A stretch of DNA of 63,740 bases from an uncultured virus (IMG/VR IMGVR_UViG_3300020183_000016). Its lineage: Duplodnaviria; Heunggongvirae; Uroviricota; Caudoviricetes. Numbering within the stretch: the stretch's first letter is position 1; each line of letters begins with the position of its first letter. Of this stretch, positions 10,965 to 21,798 are shown piece by piece. Under the pieces are notes generated by a model that did no database searches, was not told where the DNA came from, and was given only the letters and a program-made list of their open reading frames with translations. A program made the position numbers and the translations under genes. The DNA lies in IMG/VR virus record IMGVR_UViG_3300020183_000016, positions 62,001 to 125,740 of that record; one strand, given 5' to 3'.

Positions 10965-11036
10965 GTTTTATAAGAAATCATAATCTGTTTTTGATTTTTA
11001 CCTGATTGTGAATCATATTTTAACTAAAAAACTTTG

Positions 11037-11549
11037 TTAAAATATTTTTTTAATCGCATCTGTTAATGCTGCGATATGACTAATTAAATTATTTTTATTT
11101 TTTTCGGGAATGCCTTCTTTAGCCCCAGCACCTCTATGCCAATCAGTTGCGTGTACATAAAAATTACTGGCATTGAGATTGGTCCATGTTGTTTTCCCAC
11201 TTTTAGATGCCCAAGGCTCAATACAATATGTTTTAGATGTAGGTACATATAGTGGGGATAAATTATTGGATAATGAACATGCTGCACTAAATAAAACTAG
11301 TGTATCTACATTATTTTTATTTTTTTCTAACCACGTATAAAGTTCTGATCCTTTATTTTGGTGATTATTGTAATTATAATACTTAACATTCTTATCTGTA
11401 TCACCTAAACCATTATCAAATGCGTCATATTGGGTACTATGTGCCACACCTGTTGTATTAGTTCCTGCAACAAAAACTATGTATTTACTACCTTCAGTCT
11501 CCAAATCCTCCAAAGTTTCTTTTAATATTTGTTTAATTATATTTTTCAT
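11037..11549 (-). CDS. Hypothetical protein, possibly alpha/beta-hydrolase-like
   Basis: IVFVAG...VLFSAAC resembles a nucleophile elbow; N-terminal IKQILKE motif. Confidence 0.5.
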   Translation of the reverse strand: MKNIIKQILKETLEDLETEGSKYIVFVAGTNTTGVAHSTQYDAFDNGLGDTDKNVKYYNYNNHQNKGSELYTWLEKNKNNVDTLVLFSAACSLSNNLSPLYVPTSKTYCIEPWASKSGKTTWTNLNASNFYVHATDWHRGAGAKEGIPEKNKNNLISHIAALTDAIKKIF

Positions 11550-11551
11550 TA

Positions 11552-11983
11552 TTATATTTTTTTTACAATTATTTCTTCATCCCAAGTTTCGCGTATATCA
11601 GTACTTACATCATCTTCATCTATTGCATACGATTCTATTAGACCCTCCAATATTACTGGTAAATATGTTTCAAAATCATAAAATTCTTTAAATAGTACGG
11701 TTGCAAAATAACTTCTTTCGCCACGAAACTTTTGCAAAACTGGTAAAATAACATCATTTTCAGTAAAATTAGAAAAATTACCATTTAAATGTTTTAAAGT
11801 TTCACAAAAAGAGGCGTAAATTAAATCTACTTGATCGGCATCACTAATCCCTAAACCACTTTGAATAAAATCAAAAACTTCCTGATATGCAGTTTTATCG
11901 GTAAAGTAATCATTAATTTCCCATTCACCAGCAAATTCAGAAAAAATTAATTTAATAAATCTATATAAAATTTTTTTGTTCAT
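11552..11983 (-). CDS. Hypothetical protein
   Basis: 143-aa ORF, tightly packed with the next minus-strand gene. Confidence 0.65.
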   Translation of the reverse strand: MNKKILYRFIKLIFSEFAGEWEINDYFTDKTAYQEVFDFIQSGLGISDADQVDLIYASFCETLKHLNGNFSNFTENDVILPVLQKFRGERSYFATVLFKEFYDFETYLPVILEGLIESYAIDEDDVSTDIRETWDEEIIVKKI

Positions 11984-12039
11984 AATTTGTTTTTTAATAA
12001 AAAAATCATTATCATTATTAATTATAAATATAGTAAAAT

Positions 12040-12954
12040 ATGCAAATTTTAAAAGAGTTATCAGTTTTTAATAATATAAAATATTATGATGAACCACACA
12101 CTTATTATATTAATGGTATAAAAACAATATCGTGTACAGGATTAATTCATAAATTTGAAGATGAATTTGAGGATGGTATTTTAAAACTTGATAGGTGGGC
12201 AGAAAAACAAGGGTATATCTACGTAGCAAAAACTATGGCGGATAGGTACGCAAATAAACAAAATTACTACCCTATGGAATCCGATCCTTACGGTAGACCT
12301 GATTACTCAAACCCTAAACCTAAATCGGAATGGGTCACTGAAGAACAAATTCAGGCGGAGTGGAGATATAAAAATATTCATGCAACTTATGAAGGTTCTA
12401 CATTACACGATTATATAGAAAATTATATTAGTAATAAGATAAAACCTGAACCTAAAATAAGTTCTGAAGGTTTATTATTTGAAGAAATTGAATCTACATA
12501 TAACATTATGAAAGGATATTTCCATAATTTTTATAATGATACAATAGCACAAGGTAAATTGATACCTGTAAAATCAGAATTAGTTGTTGGGGATGAGGAA
12601 TTAATGTTATGTGGTATGATAGATCAAATTTTTTGGAATGTAAAACATCAATGCCTTCAAATATGGGACTGGAAGACAAATACTTTATTAAAAATGTTTA
12701 ATGAATTTGGTAATAAAATGAAATATTGTTTATCAGATTTAGATGTTTGTGAATTTAATACTTATTCTTTACAGTTGAATATCTATAAAAAAATAATAGA
12801 AAGAAATACTAATTTAAGATTTGGTGAAAACTATTTAGTTTGGTATAATGAAGAAAATCCTAATTATGAAATCATTAAATGTGAAGATTATTCGCATTAC
12901 GTTGATGATATGTTTCACATGTTAAAGACAGAAAGAGAATTATTATTTAAATGA
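12040..12954 (+). CDS. PD-(D/E)XK exonuclease
   Basis: GSTLHDYIE, SELVV, CGMIDQ, IWDWKT, YSLQLNIY motifs. Confidence 0.85.
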   Translation: MQILKELSVFNNIKYYDEPHTYYINGIKTISCTGLIHKFEDEFEDGILKLDRWAEKQGYIYVAKTMADRYANKQNYYPMESDPYGRPDYSNPKPKSEWVTEEQIQAEWRYKNIHATYEGSTLHDYIENYISNKIKPEPKISSEGLLFEEIESTYNIMKGYFHNFYNDTIAQGKLIPVKSELVVGDEELMLCGMIDQIFWNVKHQCLQIWDWKTNTLLKMFNEFGNKMKYCLSDLDVCEFNTYSLQLNIYKKIIERNTNLRFGENYLVWYNEENPNYEIIKCEDYSHYVDDMFHMLKTERELLFK

Positions 12955-12992
12955 TATTTGGAAACAATAAAAAAAAGTAATATATTTGTACT

Positions 12993-13811
12993 ATGATAAA
13001 AAAACTATTTCACATTGCGGACTTACATTTTAGAACATATAAAAGATTGGATGAGTCAGAAGAAGTTTGTAAAAAATTTTTAGAAGAAGTTACTGATTAT
13101 TTTAAAGATCATAATCTTTATTATGATGATGCTAGGATTGTTATAGTTGGTGATGTAGTTCACCAAAAAATTACTATTTCTAATGAATTATTTGCATTAA
13201 TAACTTGGTTTTTTAATGAGTGTAGTAAACTATGTCCAGTTGTAATAATTGCAGGTAATCACGATTTATTGGAAAATAATAAAGATAGGTTAGACAGTAT
13301 TACACCAATAACTAAAGCAATAAATAATGAAAACATTAGGTATTATAAAGATAGTTTATGTTATGAAGATGATAATATAGTTTGGTGTGTTTATTCTATA
13401 TTTGAAGAGAATAGGAGACCAAACATAGAAGAATTTAGAAAATTAATTGGTAAAGATAAAAAATATATTGGTTTGTATCACGCGCCTGTTACTGGTGCCA
13501 TTACTTCTATAGGTTTTGAATTCGAAGAAAGTGTGGAGTTATCCCAATTTGATGGGTGTGATGCAGTTTTAATGGGGGATATACATCATAGACAAAATTT
13601 CACCTATAAGGGTATTAATATTGCCTATTGTGGTAGTTTGATACAACAAGACTTTGGTGAAAGAGTAGACAATCACGGTTATTTACTTTGGGACGTTAAT
13701 GATTTAACTTACACTGAACATAATATAAAAACTGATTACGGTTATTATGTTTTCAAAATAAACTCTTTAGATGATATAGAAGAAGAAAGAGAATACTTAT
13801 CAAATTATTAA
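12993..13811 (+). CDS. SbcD/Mre11-like (T4 gp47-like) recombination nuclease
   Basis: HIADLH, GDVVH, AGNHD, MGDIH, YCGSLIQQDFGE; upstream of SbcC-like gene. Confidence 0.9.
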   Translation: MIKKLFHIADLHFRTYKRLDESEEVCKKFLEEVTDYFKDHNLYYDDARIVIVGDVVHQKITISNELFALITWFFNECSKLCPVVIIAGNHDLLENNKDRLDSITPITKAINNENIRYYKDSLCYEDDNIVWCVYSIFEENRRPNIEEFRKLIGKDKKYIGLYHAPVTGAITSIGFEFEESVELSQFDGCDAVLMGDIHHRQNFTYKGINIAYCGSLIQQDFGERVDNHGYLLWDVNDLTYTEHNIKTDYGYYVFKINSLDDIEEEREYLSNY

Positions 13812-14317
13812 TGGAGATACCTAAAAAAGTAAAAGAAGAAATTTGGGAATATTGTAGATTAAACGACATCTCAAATATAGACGATTTTATATTAAAATTA
13901 ATTAGACAAGGTTTTACTTCTGAAAAATATGGGGCAACACCTATGGGTAATTTTGAACCAAAAGAAATAGAAAAAATTGTTGAGGTTATTAAAGAAGTAC
14001 CCGTAGAAAAAATTGTTACAAAAATTGAGTATATAAATGATACAGATAATGAAAATGAATTAATGGAAAAAATAAAGGAGTTGAATCAAAATATTTTCCA
14101 TTTAAATGAAGAATTTTCCACAGAAAAGAAAATTTTTTCCACTAAAATAGAAGAAATGGAAAAAAATTTCCAAAAAGAAATAGAAAATAAAGATAAAGAA
14201 ATCGATAATCTTAAAAAAGAAATAGAAGACGAAAAGAAAAAAAATAATAAAAATCATGACATTTACGGAGATGAACGTAAGGCAGGTTGGTTCGGCTCAA
14301 ATATATTAAAAAGATAA
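13811..14317 (+). CDS. Hypothetical coiled-coil protein
   Basis: E/K-rich 168-aa ORF translationally coupled to the SbcD-like gene. Confidence 0.7.
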   Translation: MEIPKKVKEEIWEYCRLNDISNIDDFILKLIRQGFTSEKYGATPMGNFEPKEIEKIVEVIKEVPVEKIVTKIEYINDTDNENELMEKIKELNQNIFHLNEEFSTEKKIFSTKIEEMEKNFQKEIENKDKEIDNLKKEIEDEKKKNNKNHDIYGDERKAGWFGSNILKR

Positions 14318-14318
14318 C

Positions 14319-16688
14319 ATGAGTGTAAAAGAAAAAGTTAAAAAAATTAATCTACCTGAAAAGGCACAAATTAGAATTGATTGGAAAGGTTATCCAGAGG
14401 AAAGAACAATAGAATCTGTGAATAGGGTTAAAACCTATTTTTCTGAAAAGTATAATGTCCCTAAAGGATCAATAAAAATAAATTTTATTCCCATTCTAAA
14501 AAATAGTGCGGGTAAAGTAATCGATATTACTGATGGTTTAATTGATAATATATTGGATACTGCATACCAAAGAACTTTATTTATAGAGTGGTTGAAATTG
14601 AATGAAGTTACTATTGAGTACGATAGACTTTGTAGGTTAGACGATAAAGTTAATGAAGTTTTAATAAATAGTGAAGAAGAAAATGTTAGGTATAGGAGAT
14701 GGAGTATTAAAAATATATGGTTAGATAACTTTTTATCTTTTGGTAAAAACAATGAAATTTCCTATAAAAATTTAAATGGTTTAACTGTAGTTAATTCTAT
14801 ACCTGCAAATCAAGGGGGTAAAACTATTTTTACTATTGATTCACTCTTATTTTTATTTTTTGGGAAAACCACAAAAACTGAAGTATCTTCTGAAATATTC
14901 AATACATTTACTGGCAAAGATAGCGTTACTGTAGGTGGTCACATAGAAATAGATGGTGATGAATATATTATAGAGAGAGGTTTAACTAGAAAATTGTCAA
15001 AAAGTGGTGAATATAAAGTATCATCTACTTTGGACTTCTCTAAAATTTTATCTGATGGTTCTAAAGAAAACTTAGAAGGTGAACAAAGGAGAGAAACGGA
15101 TAAATTAATTGCAGAGACTATTGGTTCTTATGATGATTTTATGTTAACAATAGTTGCAACTGCGAAAAATTTAGAGGATTTGATAGAGACAAAACCAACG
15201 CAGAGAGGTAGGTTATTAACTAAATTTATTGGGTTAGAAGTTATAGAGAAAAAAGAAGAGATTAATAAAACACTTATGTCAGAATTCAAAAGTAAAATGA
15301 AGTCAAATCTATATAATACTAAACAATTAGAAATTAATAATGAGGAGTATTCAAAAATTATTAGTGAAAATAGGATACAAATTAGAGAACATGAAAGTTC
15401 TTTAAAGGTTACAATAGAAAAAATTAAAGACGCTAATCTAAAAAAAGAGGAAGTGTTAGGTAAAAGATATGTGATAGATGAAGAAATCACCAAAGTTAAT
15501 CCGATTACCTTAAAAAAAGAAATTGATGATTTAACTAACAAAGGAGTCTCACTTAACCAGAAATTAACTGACATAAAAAAAGAAATAGAAGAAATTCCTA
15601 AATTTTCTTATGATGAACAAGTTCATGATGAACTTAGAGAAGAAGAAAAAAAATTAATGATAATTAAAAATAATATAGAAATAGAAATTAAAAATTTAGA
15701 ATTAACTATATTAAATTTAAAAGAAGGTGAAATATGTCCCACCTGTAAAAGATCTTTAGAGGAAGTTGATCATACTGTCGAAATAAAAGAAAAAGAAGAA
15801 TTGGTTGAAACTAAAAAAAGTGAATTAGATAATAGTTCTAAATTATTGTCGGACACCCAAAAAAAATTATTAGATATAAGTGAAGAGAAAAAAAATTCTG
15901 ATTTATTTGATAGATTAGGTATGTCAAAAGATAAAACAGATATAGAGATTGATAAAATGAGGGTAGAATATAAAGAAAAAAATAATTTATTAAAAGATTA
16001 TGAAAAAAATTCTACTTTTATTGAGGAAAATAGAAAATTAGAAAGTACTATTTTAGGGTATAATCAGTTAATTGAAACTTTGGATATTGAAAAGGATACT
16101 ATTAAAAATAAAATACAAACATTAAGTTCTGATATTACATTGAAAGAAAATTCTATCGAAGAAAATAAAAAAATGATAGACGTAATTAAAAAAGAAGAAG
16201 ATGTACTTAAAATATTTGAAGTTTATGGGAAAATGATTGGTAAGAATGGTATTTCTAAATTAGTTTTATCTTCTTTAATACCAATAATAAATTATGAACT
16301 TATTAGATTATTAGATGAAGTTTGTGATTTTGAAGTACAGTTAGAAATTAATGATAAGAATGAGGTAGACTTTCTTTTAATAAAAAATAATGTAGTTAAG
16401 AAACTTAGAACTGGATCAGGTTTAGAAACTACATTAGCATCATTAGCACTACGTTCAGTATTAGGTAGGGTTTCCACACTCCCAAAACCAAATGTAATTG
16501 TATTTGATGAGGTATTAGGTAAAGTTGCAAATATAAATTTAGATCGAGCTAAAATATTTTTTGATAAGATTAAAAAGATGTATGATACAATTTTATTAAT
16601 AAGTCATAACCCTTTAGTGCAAGATTGGGCAGATAAAATTGTGACAGTAGAGAAAATAGATGACATTTCTATTTTGCAGATTAAATAA
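14319..16688 (+). CDS. SbcC/Rad50-like (T4 gp46-like) ATPase
   Basis: NFLSFG, Walker A NQGGKT, coiled coil with CPTC zinc hook, GSGLE signature, IVFDE Walker B, ISH H-loop. Confidence 0.92.
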   Translation: MSVKEKVKKINLPEKAQIRIDWKGYPEERTIESVNRVKTYFSEKYNVPKGSIKINFIPILKNSAGKVIDITDGLIDNILDTAYQRTLFIEWLKLNEVTIEYDRLCRLDDKVNEVLINSEEENVRYRRWSIKNIWLDNFLSFGKNNEISYKNLNGLTVVNSIPANQGGKTIFTIDSLLFLFFGKTTKTEVSSEIFNTFTGKDSVTVGGHIEIDGDEYIIERGLTRKLSKSGEYKVSSTLDFSKILSDGSKENLEGEQRRETDKLIAETIGSYDDFMLTIVATAKNLEDLIETKPTQRGRLLTKFIGLEVIEKKEEINKTLMSEFKSKMKSNLYNTKQLEINNEEYSKIISENRIQIREHESSLKVTIEKIKDANLKKEEVLGKRYVIDEEITKVNPITLKKEIDDLTNKGVSLNQKLTDIKKEIEEIPKFSYDEQVHDELREEEKKLMIIKNNIEIEIKNLELTILNLKEGEICPTCKRSLEEVDHTVEIKEKEELVETKKSELDNSSKLLSDTQKKLLDISEEKKNSDLFDRLGMSKDKTDIEIDKMRVEYKEKNNLLKDYEKNSTFIEENRKLESTILGYNQLIETLDIEKDTIKNKIQTLSSDITLKENSIEENKKMIDVIKKEEDVLKIFEVYGKMIGKNGISKLVLSSLIPIINYELIRLLDEVCDFEVQLEINDKNEVDFLLIKNNVVKKLRTGSGLETTLASLALRSVLGRVSTLPKPNVIVFDEVLGKVANINLDRAKIFFDKIKKMYDTILLISHNPLVQDWADKIVTVEKIDDISILQIK

Positions 16689-16747
16689 TTATTAGTATTT
16701 TTGTCAGTAAATAAACTAATGTATGATTGTTGTTAATATTAATGGTT

Positions 16748-17236
16748 ATGGAAATTAGAAATAATTTTTTAAAGTCTTATTGTTTAGTGGTATTAGATAG
16801 TAAAGACACTTTAATGGATGTTTTAAGTCGTATTTCAGAGACTAACGTAAATTTTGTAACAGGTAAATTTGCTGGTGGAGAGAAATTAGTGATAGCAACA
16901 TTGAAAAGTACGTTTAATATCCTAGAAATAGAAGAGTTATTAAATATGGTTATTAAATCTTATATCATTTTCGAAATGACACCAGGTTTTTATGGTGCAA
17001 AATTAGAAGACGATTCCTATCAAGAGGCTCTTTTTGGGAAAGATATAAATAAACTACCTTTTATGCAAATTCAAGAAGCGTTAAAAGAAATTAATGACGA
17101 AATGTTTGATACATTTGTCGATTTTACAAATAAAAGTTACCCTTCTAAAAACTTAGAAGAAGAATTAAAAGAGGCATTAGATAATGAAGATTACGAAACC
17201 GCCGCAAAATTACGTGATAAAATAAAAAGAAAATAA
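16748..17236 (+). CDS. Protein with C-terminal UvrB/UvrC (UVR) motif
   Basis: LKEALDNEDYETAAKLRDKI; start uncertain (16727/16742/16748). Confidence 0.7.
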   Translation: MEIRNNFLKSYCLVVLDSKDTLMDVLSRISETNVNFVTGKFAGGEKLVIATLKSTFNILEIEELLNMVIKSYIIFEMTPGFYGAKLEDDSYQEALFGKDINKLPFMQIQEALKEINDEMFDTFVDFTNKSYPSKNLEEELKEALDNEDYETAAKLRDKIKRK

Positions 17237-17245
17237 ATTAAATTT

Positions 17246-18043
17246 ATGACAAACAAATATATTGACTTAACAGAATATTCATTAAACCTATACTTAAAAG
17301 ATGTTAGAAAAAACGAAATAATAACTATAGATGAAGAGGTTGAATTGGCGAAGAGGATTAAAAATGGTGATCAATTAGCCCTAAATAAATTAGTAAGTTC
17401 TAATTTAAGATTTGTAATTAAAATTGCGAAAGAATACCAAAATCAAGGTTTACCTATTGCGGATTTAATATCTGAGGGGAATTACGGATTAATAACGGCA
17501 GCAAAAAAGTTCGATCATACTAAAGGTTTTAGATTTATTTCTTATGCAATATGGTGGATTAAACAATCTATTTTACAATCACTTAATGATAATTCCAGAA
17601 CTGTTAGATTACCAGGTAATATAATCAATAAATTATCAAAAATAAGAAAACAGATAGAATTTTTTGAAAAAGAAAACCATAGGGATCCTTATAATGATGA
17701 AGTGGAACAAATTAGTACACCCACATGTATTTCTTATAATGTTACAATAAATGAAGATGGTGATGAAATGGTTAATCTTTTAGAAAATAATTTCTTTAAA
17801 AGTCCTGATACTTTTTTAGATGAAGAAGAGTATTTAAAGTCTAAAGAAATGTCAAAAGCGATAAGAGGTCTATCTTCTAGAGAAATTGAAATAGTTAATT
17901 GTTATTATGGTATAAATGGTGAACCTATGACATTAGAAATGATTGGAGGTGAGGTTGGGTTAACAAAAGAAAGAGTTAGACAGATAAAAGAAGGGGCAAT
18001 AAGAAAGATTAGGAATAATATGGGAGGTGTCTTTAGCATATAG
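17246..18043 (+). CDS. RNA polymerase sigma-70 factor, RpoD/SigA-like without region 1.1 (Bacteroidota type)
   Basis: LVSSNLRFVIKIAKEY, DLISEGNYGL, GFRFISYAIWWIKQSI, SRTVRLP, region 4 TLEMIG..LTKERVRQI. Confidence 0.93.
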   Translation: MTNKYIDLTEYSLNLYLKDVRKNEIITIDEEVELAKRIKNGDQLALNKLVSSNLRFVIKIAKEYQNQGLPIADLISEGNYGLITAAKKFDHTKGFRFISYAIWWIKQSILQSLNDNSRTVRLPGNIINKLSKIRKQIEFFEKENHRDPYNDEVEQISTPTCISYNVTINEDGDEMVNLLENNFFKSPDTFLDEEEYLKSKEMSKAIRGLSSREIEIVNCYYGINGEPMTLEMIGGEVGLTKERVRQIKEGAIRKIRNNMGGVFSI

Positions 18044-18047
18044 CGTT

Positions 18048-18068
18048 AAAAGGGGGTAACCCCTTTTT
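18048..18068 (+). terminator. Intrinsic terminator
   Basis: aaaagggg-gtaa-cccctttt. Confidence 0.75.
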
Positions 18069-18116
18069 CTATTTACTTTAAAATTAAAAATTAGTATATT
18101 TATTAAAAAATTAATT

Positions 18117-18446
18117 ATGAAAAAAATTATTGAATTTGTTAAAAAATATAAGATTTATATCTTATCTACATTATTATTTATTTTCTTTGTTAGATCATGT
18201 GGTAAATCTAGTGAAGTAAGAAAATTAGAAAAATTAGATATTAAACAAAAAGAAACAATTGATAGTTTAAAAAGAGTTATAAATGGACAAAAGGATACCA
18301 TCAATAACATATCTGAAGTTATTAGACTTGAAAAAATTAAAGTGCATAGTGAATATGACAACTTAATATCTCAAAAAGATAGAGGAGAACAATTAATGGA
18401 ACTTCACATGATTGTTAAAGAAAATATAAAAAAATTACAAAAATAA
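18117..18446 (+). CDS. Membrane-anchored coiled-coil protein (possible lipoprotein/spanin-like)
   Basis: Hydrophobic N-terminus ending FVRSC, then coiled coil. Confidence 0.5.
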   Translation: MKKIIEFVKKYKIYILSTLLFIFFVRSCGKSSEVRKLEKLDIKQKETIDSLKRVINGQKDTINNISEVIRLEKIKVHSEYDNLISQKDRGEQLMELHMIVKENIKKLQK

Positions 18447-18452
18447 AAAATT

Positions 18453-18620
18453 ATGGTTAATTGGATAAATTCTTGGAAAAGCGGTAATAAAAAAAATAAA
18501 TACAATATAACTTTACGTTTGGGTAAAATAACTTTATTTGAATTAGATTTTTGTCTTTGTAGTGAAGAAGATTGTAGAAAATTTAGATTTATCTTACTTA
18601 ATTTTGGTTTCGAAATATGA
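18453..18620 (+). CDS. Small hypothetical protein (55 aa; absent from ORF track)
   Basis: MVNWINSWKSG...NFGFEI; fills the gap and overlaps the next start (ATGA). Confidence 0.65.
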   Translation: MVNWINSWKSGNKKNKYNITLRLGKITLFELDFCLCSEEDCRKFRFILLNFGFEI

Positions 18621-19558
18621 TTAATTTTTGGAATTGGATAAAAAATAATCCTAATAGGTCTATGTTTTTAGTACCTATTTTATTAGTTGCTACAATATCT
18701 ATTTCTCACGTAGTTACTTGGTATGATATAGCTAATCCAATAAGTTGGGCTATTTACCTATCAATCGCAATCGAAGTTGCTGCAATGACTGCATTAGTTG
18801 CAGCAACCAATAAAATAAAAGGTGGTGTTTGGTTTATGTTTGGGTTGGTTACATTAATACAGATGATTGGTAACATATTCTTTTCATTTAAGGAAATCGA
18901 TTCAAATGGGGATTTATTTAAATCTTGGGTAGAATTAACAGGACCAATGTGGGAGATGATAGGTTCGGATCCTACAGATTTAGTGTCAATGAAAAGGTGG
19001 TTAGCATTTTTAGAAGGTGGTTTATTACCAGTTATTTCATTAACATCTTTACATTTCTTTGTTAAATACGATGAATCTAAAAAAATTCAAACTGAATCAA
19101 ATGATACTGTTGAAGTAGTAAAAGAAAAAACAATAGATCCTATTATTGATGATCGGAATGATGAAGAATTAGTGGATGATGATAGAGTAAAAAAATATGT
19201 TGATTTACAAAAGGAAGTGTGGGAAAGAGTAAAAAAACTTAAAGAAGAAGGTAAACTTCCTGAACTACCTACGGAAGAAGAACTATTAGAAGAGCCTACT
19301 GCATTATCATTTACACCATATATTGACGAAGAAGATGATTTTTCTGATTTAGATAATACTTTATTAGATGGGTTAGAAGATGAAAATTCTATTGAATTAA
19401 GTGAAGAAGATTCTAAAATATTTGCCGAAGAGATAATTAAAGAACCTGAATCACCTAATGAAGTATTAGAAAATGCATTAAAGAAATATAAAGAATCTAA
19501 AGGTGTTATTAATCCACCTGTTAAAAATAAAAAAAGTGATATTAAAAGAATCAATTAA
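18617..19558 (+). CDS. Multi-pass membrane protein with acidic C-terminal tail
   Basis: About 4 hydrophobic segments, then E/D-rich region. Confidence 0.7.
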   Translation: MINFWNWIKNNPNRSMFLVPILLVATISISHVVTWYDIANPISWAIYLSIAIEVAAMTALVAATNKIKGGVWFMFGLVTLIQMIGNIFFSFKEIDSNGDLFKSWVELTGPMWEMIGSDPTDLVSMKRWLAFLEGGLLPVISLTSLHFFVKYDESKKIQTESNDTVEVVKEKTIDPIIDDRNDEELVDDDRVKKYVDLQKEVWERVKKLKEEGKLPELPTEEELLEEPTALSFTPYIDEEDDFSDLDNTLLDGLEDENSIELSEEDSKIFAEEIIKEPESPNEVLENALKKYKESKGVINPPVKNKKSDIKRIN

Positions 19559-20166
19559 TGGACATCAACTTAGAGAAATATAAGTTAGATGAAAAAAACT
19601 ATTATAATACTGAGTTTAATAAAAGGCAAATAGTTATAGGTAATAGTTTTTCGGAAAAAGATTACCATATAAAAGGATGGAAAACCAGAATGGGTGGAGA
19701 ATATAAAAAAACCTCCACCTTTACTATTTTTAAAAATGGAGAAATCCACCAACATTTTGATCCCTCATTATATTCAGATTTTTTAGATAATAAACCAATA
19801 GATAAAAAGATAATTTCAATAACCATTGAAAATCAAGGTTGGTTACAAAAAGATTTACTGAATAATGAGTACTTTAACTGGGTTGGTAATATTTATAAAA
19901 AGAATAAAGAAGTATTTGAAAAAAGATGGCGTGGGTATACTTATTGGGATACATACACTAAAAAACAAATTTCTTCTTGTGCTAATTTAGTTAAATATCT
20001 TTGTGAAAAATATAATATACCTATTAATTGTGTAGGACATAATACATTTATTGATGGAGTGGAATATTTCGAAGGGATTACTTATAGAAGTAATTACTAC
20101 AAAGATAGTACAGATTTAAATCCTAGTTGGGATTTTAAAAATTTTAAAGAATTAATAGAGAATTAA
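19558..20166 (+). CDS. Amidase_2-like protein, probably catalytically degenerate
   Basis: GEIHQHFDP, ISITIENQG, YTKKQISS, TDLNPSWDF; first Zn-His motif replaced by IVIGNS. Confidence 0.65.
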   Translation: MDINLEKYKLDEKNYYNTEFNKRQIVIGNSFSEKDYHIKGWKTRMGGEYKKTSTFTIFKNGEIHQHFDPSLYSDFLDNKPIDKKIISITIENQGWLQKDLLNNEYFNWVGNIYKKNKEVFEKRWRGYTYWDTYTKKQISSCANLVKYLCEKYNIPINCVGHNTFIDGVEYFEGITYRSNYYKDSTDLNPSWDFKNFKELIEN

Positions 20167-20176
20167 ATAAAAAGAT

Positions 20177-20707
20177 ATGAGTGAACATGATGTAACTAGA
20201 AAAATGTTAGAAATTATCAGAGAATCTGAAAATGCTAATAAAAAAATTATAAAAGAGAATTTACAAAAACGTAGATTATTAAAAGAGGTGGATGAAAATA
20301 AAGAAGATAAAGATTTAGATCCTACTGAACTTTCTGAGGAAGAAAAAAAATTTAGAGATACTGTATCCCCTAGAGTAAAATTCAACAGATTTAGATTATA
20401 CCCTAAAGCTCAAAATGTAGAGTTTAGTGGTAAATTTACGGATAGTAATGTTGAGTGGTTTTATTCTTTAGATGATACTAGAGGTGTTTATATAACTACA
20501 GATTTATTACAATTAAATGATCAAACACTTAAACAGATACAAAAATTAGTTGCATATTATGAAAGTTGGTCAAATGAATGGGCAACTAAAATAGCGGAAG
20601 AGTATAATAATGAGGTTAAAGACGAAGAAAATGCTGAGGAAGGACCTGAAAGTTTAGAGAGTACTGAGACTGAAGAAGGTGAAGAAGCAGAAGGCGGAGA
20701 ATTATAA
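20177..20707 (+). CDS. Hypothetical, probably head-associated protein
   Basis: IIRE/IIKE/LLKE N-terminal motifs; acidic tail. Confidence 0.6.
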   Translation: MSEHDVTRKMLEIIRESENANKKIIKENLQKRRLLKEVDENKEDKDLDPTELSEEEKKFRDTVSPRVKFNRFRLYPKAQNVEFSGKFTDSNVEWFYSLDDTRGVYITTDLLQLNDQTLKQIQKLVAYYESWSNEWATKIAEEYNNEVKDEENAEEGPESLESTETEEGEEAEGGEL

Positions 20708-21492
20708 TGAAAAATATTAAAGACATATTATTAATATCTTTATCTATTGTAATAATAGTTTTATTGTTATTTGGTTGGGTTAAATACAACCAAATGCAAA
20801 AAGAACTAAGGGACGAAATAGATAGTGGAAATAGAGTAATATTAAGTATGGATAAAACCACTAAAGAATCTCAGGGTCAGTATGCAAAACTTGTTAATTA
20901 TTTTAATACTGAAAAAGATTTAAATAAACAATTAAAAGAACAAAATGAAGATTTATTTAAATTAATTAAAAATCAGAATGAAAGACTTTTAATGATTAAT
21001 AACTCAATAGTTACTTTAGAAGGTAAAATGACAGAAGGTTTTGGTAGTATTAATAAAGATGATACTAATAGAATTGATTTAAAATTAGATTACCCAAATA
21101 AAGATAATAGTTTTATTACTTGGAATGGTTTTGTTAATAGAAAGACTGCGTTTTATAAGGGTGAATTTTCTTTTGGTAAATTACCATTACAGATTGTTTT
21201 AACTGAAACTGAAAGAGGTATATGGAAATCTAGGTTAATCGGCCCTGAATGGTTAATAGTAGACTCTATGGATGTAAATAGTTTACCTTTACCTACACCA
21301 GAAAAAATAAATAATTGGGGAATATTTTTTGGGGGAGGATATCAAAAAAGTTTCAATAATAATATAACAGATGCTTTCTCTTTATCTTTAGCTGCACAAT
21401 ATAAACGACATATGTTAATGTTAGATGCTACAACAAATATGCAGCTAGGGTTAAGATATCTTTATAAGATAGAAAATTTTAAAAAGAAATAA
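20707..21492 (+). CDS. Membrane-anchored coiled-coil protein with beta-strand C-terminus (possible spanin-like)
   Basis: N-terminal TM helix, coiled coil, C-terminal WGIFFGGGYQ...LGLRY strands. Confidence 0.5.
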   Translation: MKNIKDILLISLSIVIIVLLLFGWVKYNQMQKELRDEIDSGNRVILSMDKTTKESQGQYAKLVNYFNTEKDLNKQLKEQNEDLFKLIKNQNERLLMINNSIVTLEGKMTEGFGSINKDDTNRIDLKLDYPNKDNSFITWNGFVNRKTAFYKGEFSFGKLPLQIVLTETERGIWKSRLIGPEWLIVDSMDVNSLPLPTPEKINNWGIFFGGGYQKSFNNNITDAFSLSLAAQYKRHMLMLDATTNMQLGLRYLYKIENFKKK

Positions 21493-21537
21493 TCTAAACT
21501 TTTAATTTTTTACAATATTTATATAAAAATATTTTAT

Positions 21538-21798
21538 ATGAACGATAATCACTTAAGGTATATAATTAAGGAGTCATTGTCACAGACTGATGAAAATCAA
21601 ATAGGTGTGATGATTAGAAAAGAAATAAAAAAAGCTTTTGGTGATGATTTAGAAAAAAAAGTATTACAGATAATAAAAAAAGAACTAAAAGGTAAAGATA
21701 TAAAAAAAGATATAATGGACATCAATAAAGATGTTTTAGTTCAATTATATAAAGAATTGTGGGTAAAACGACAATTTTGGTTAAATGCAATAAAATGA
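21538..21798 (+). CDS. Hypothetical protein
   Basis: 86-aa ORF, YIIKES motif, TATTTAT upstream. Confidence 0.65.
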   Translation: MNDNHLRYIIKESLSQTDENQIGVMIRKEIKKAFGDDLEKKVLQIIKKELKGKDIKKDIMDINKDVLVQLYKELWVKRQFWLNAIK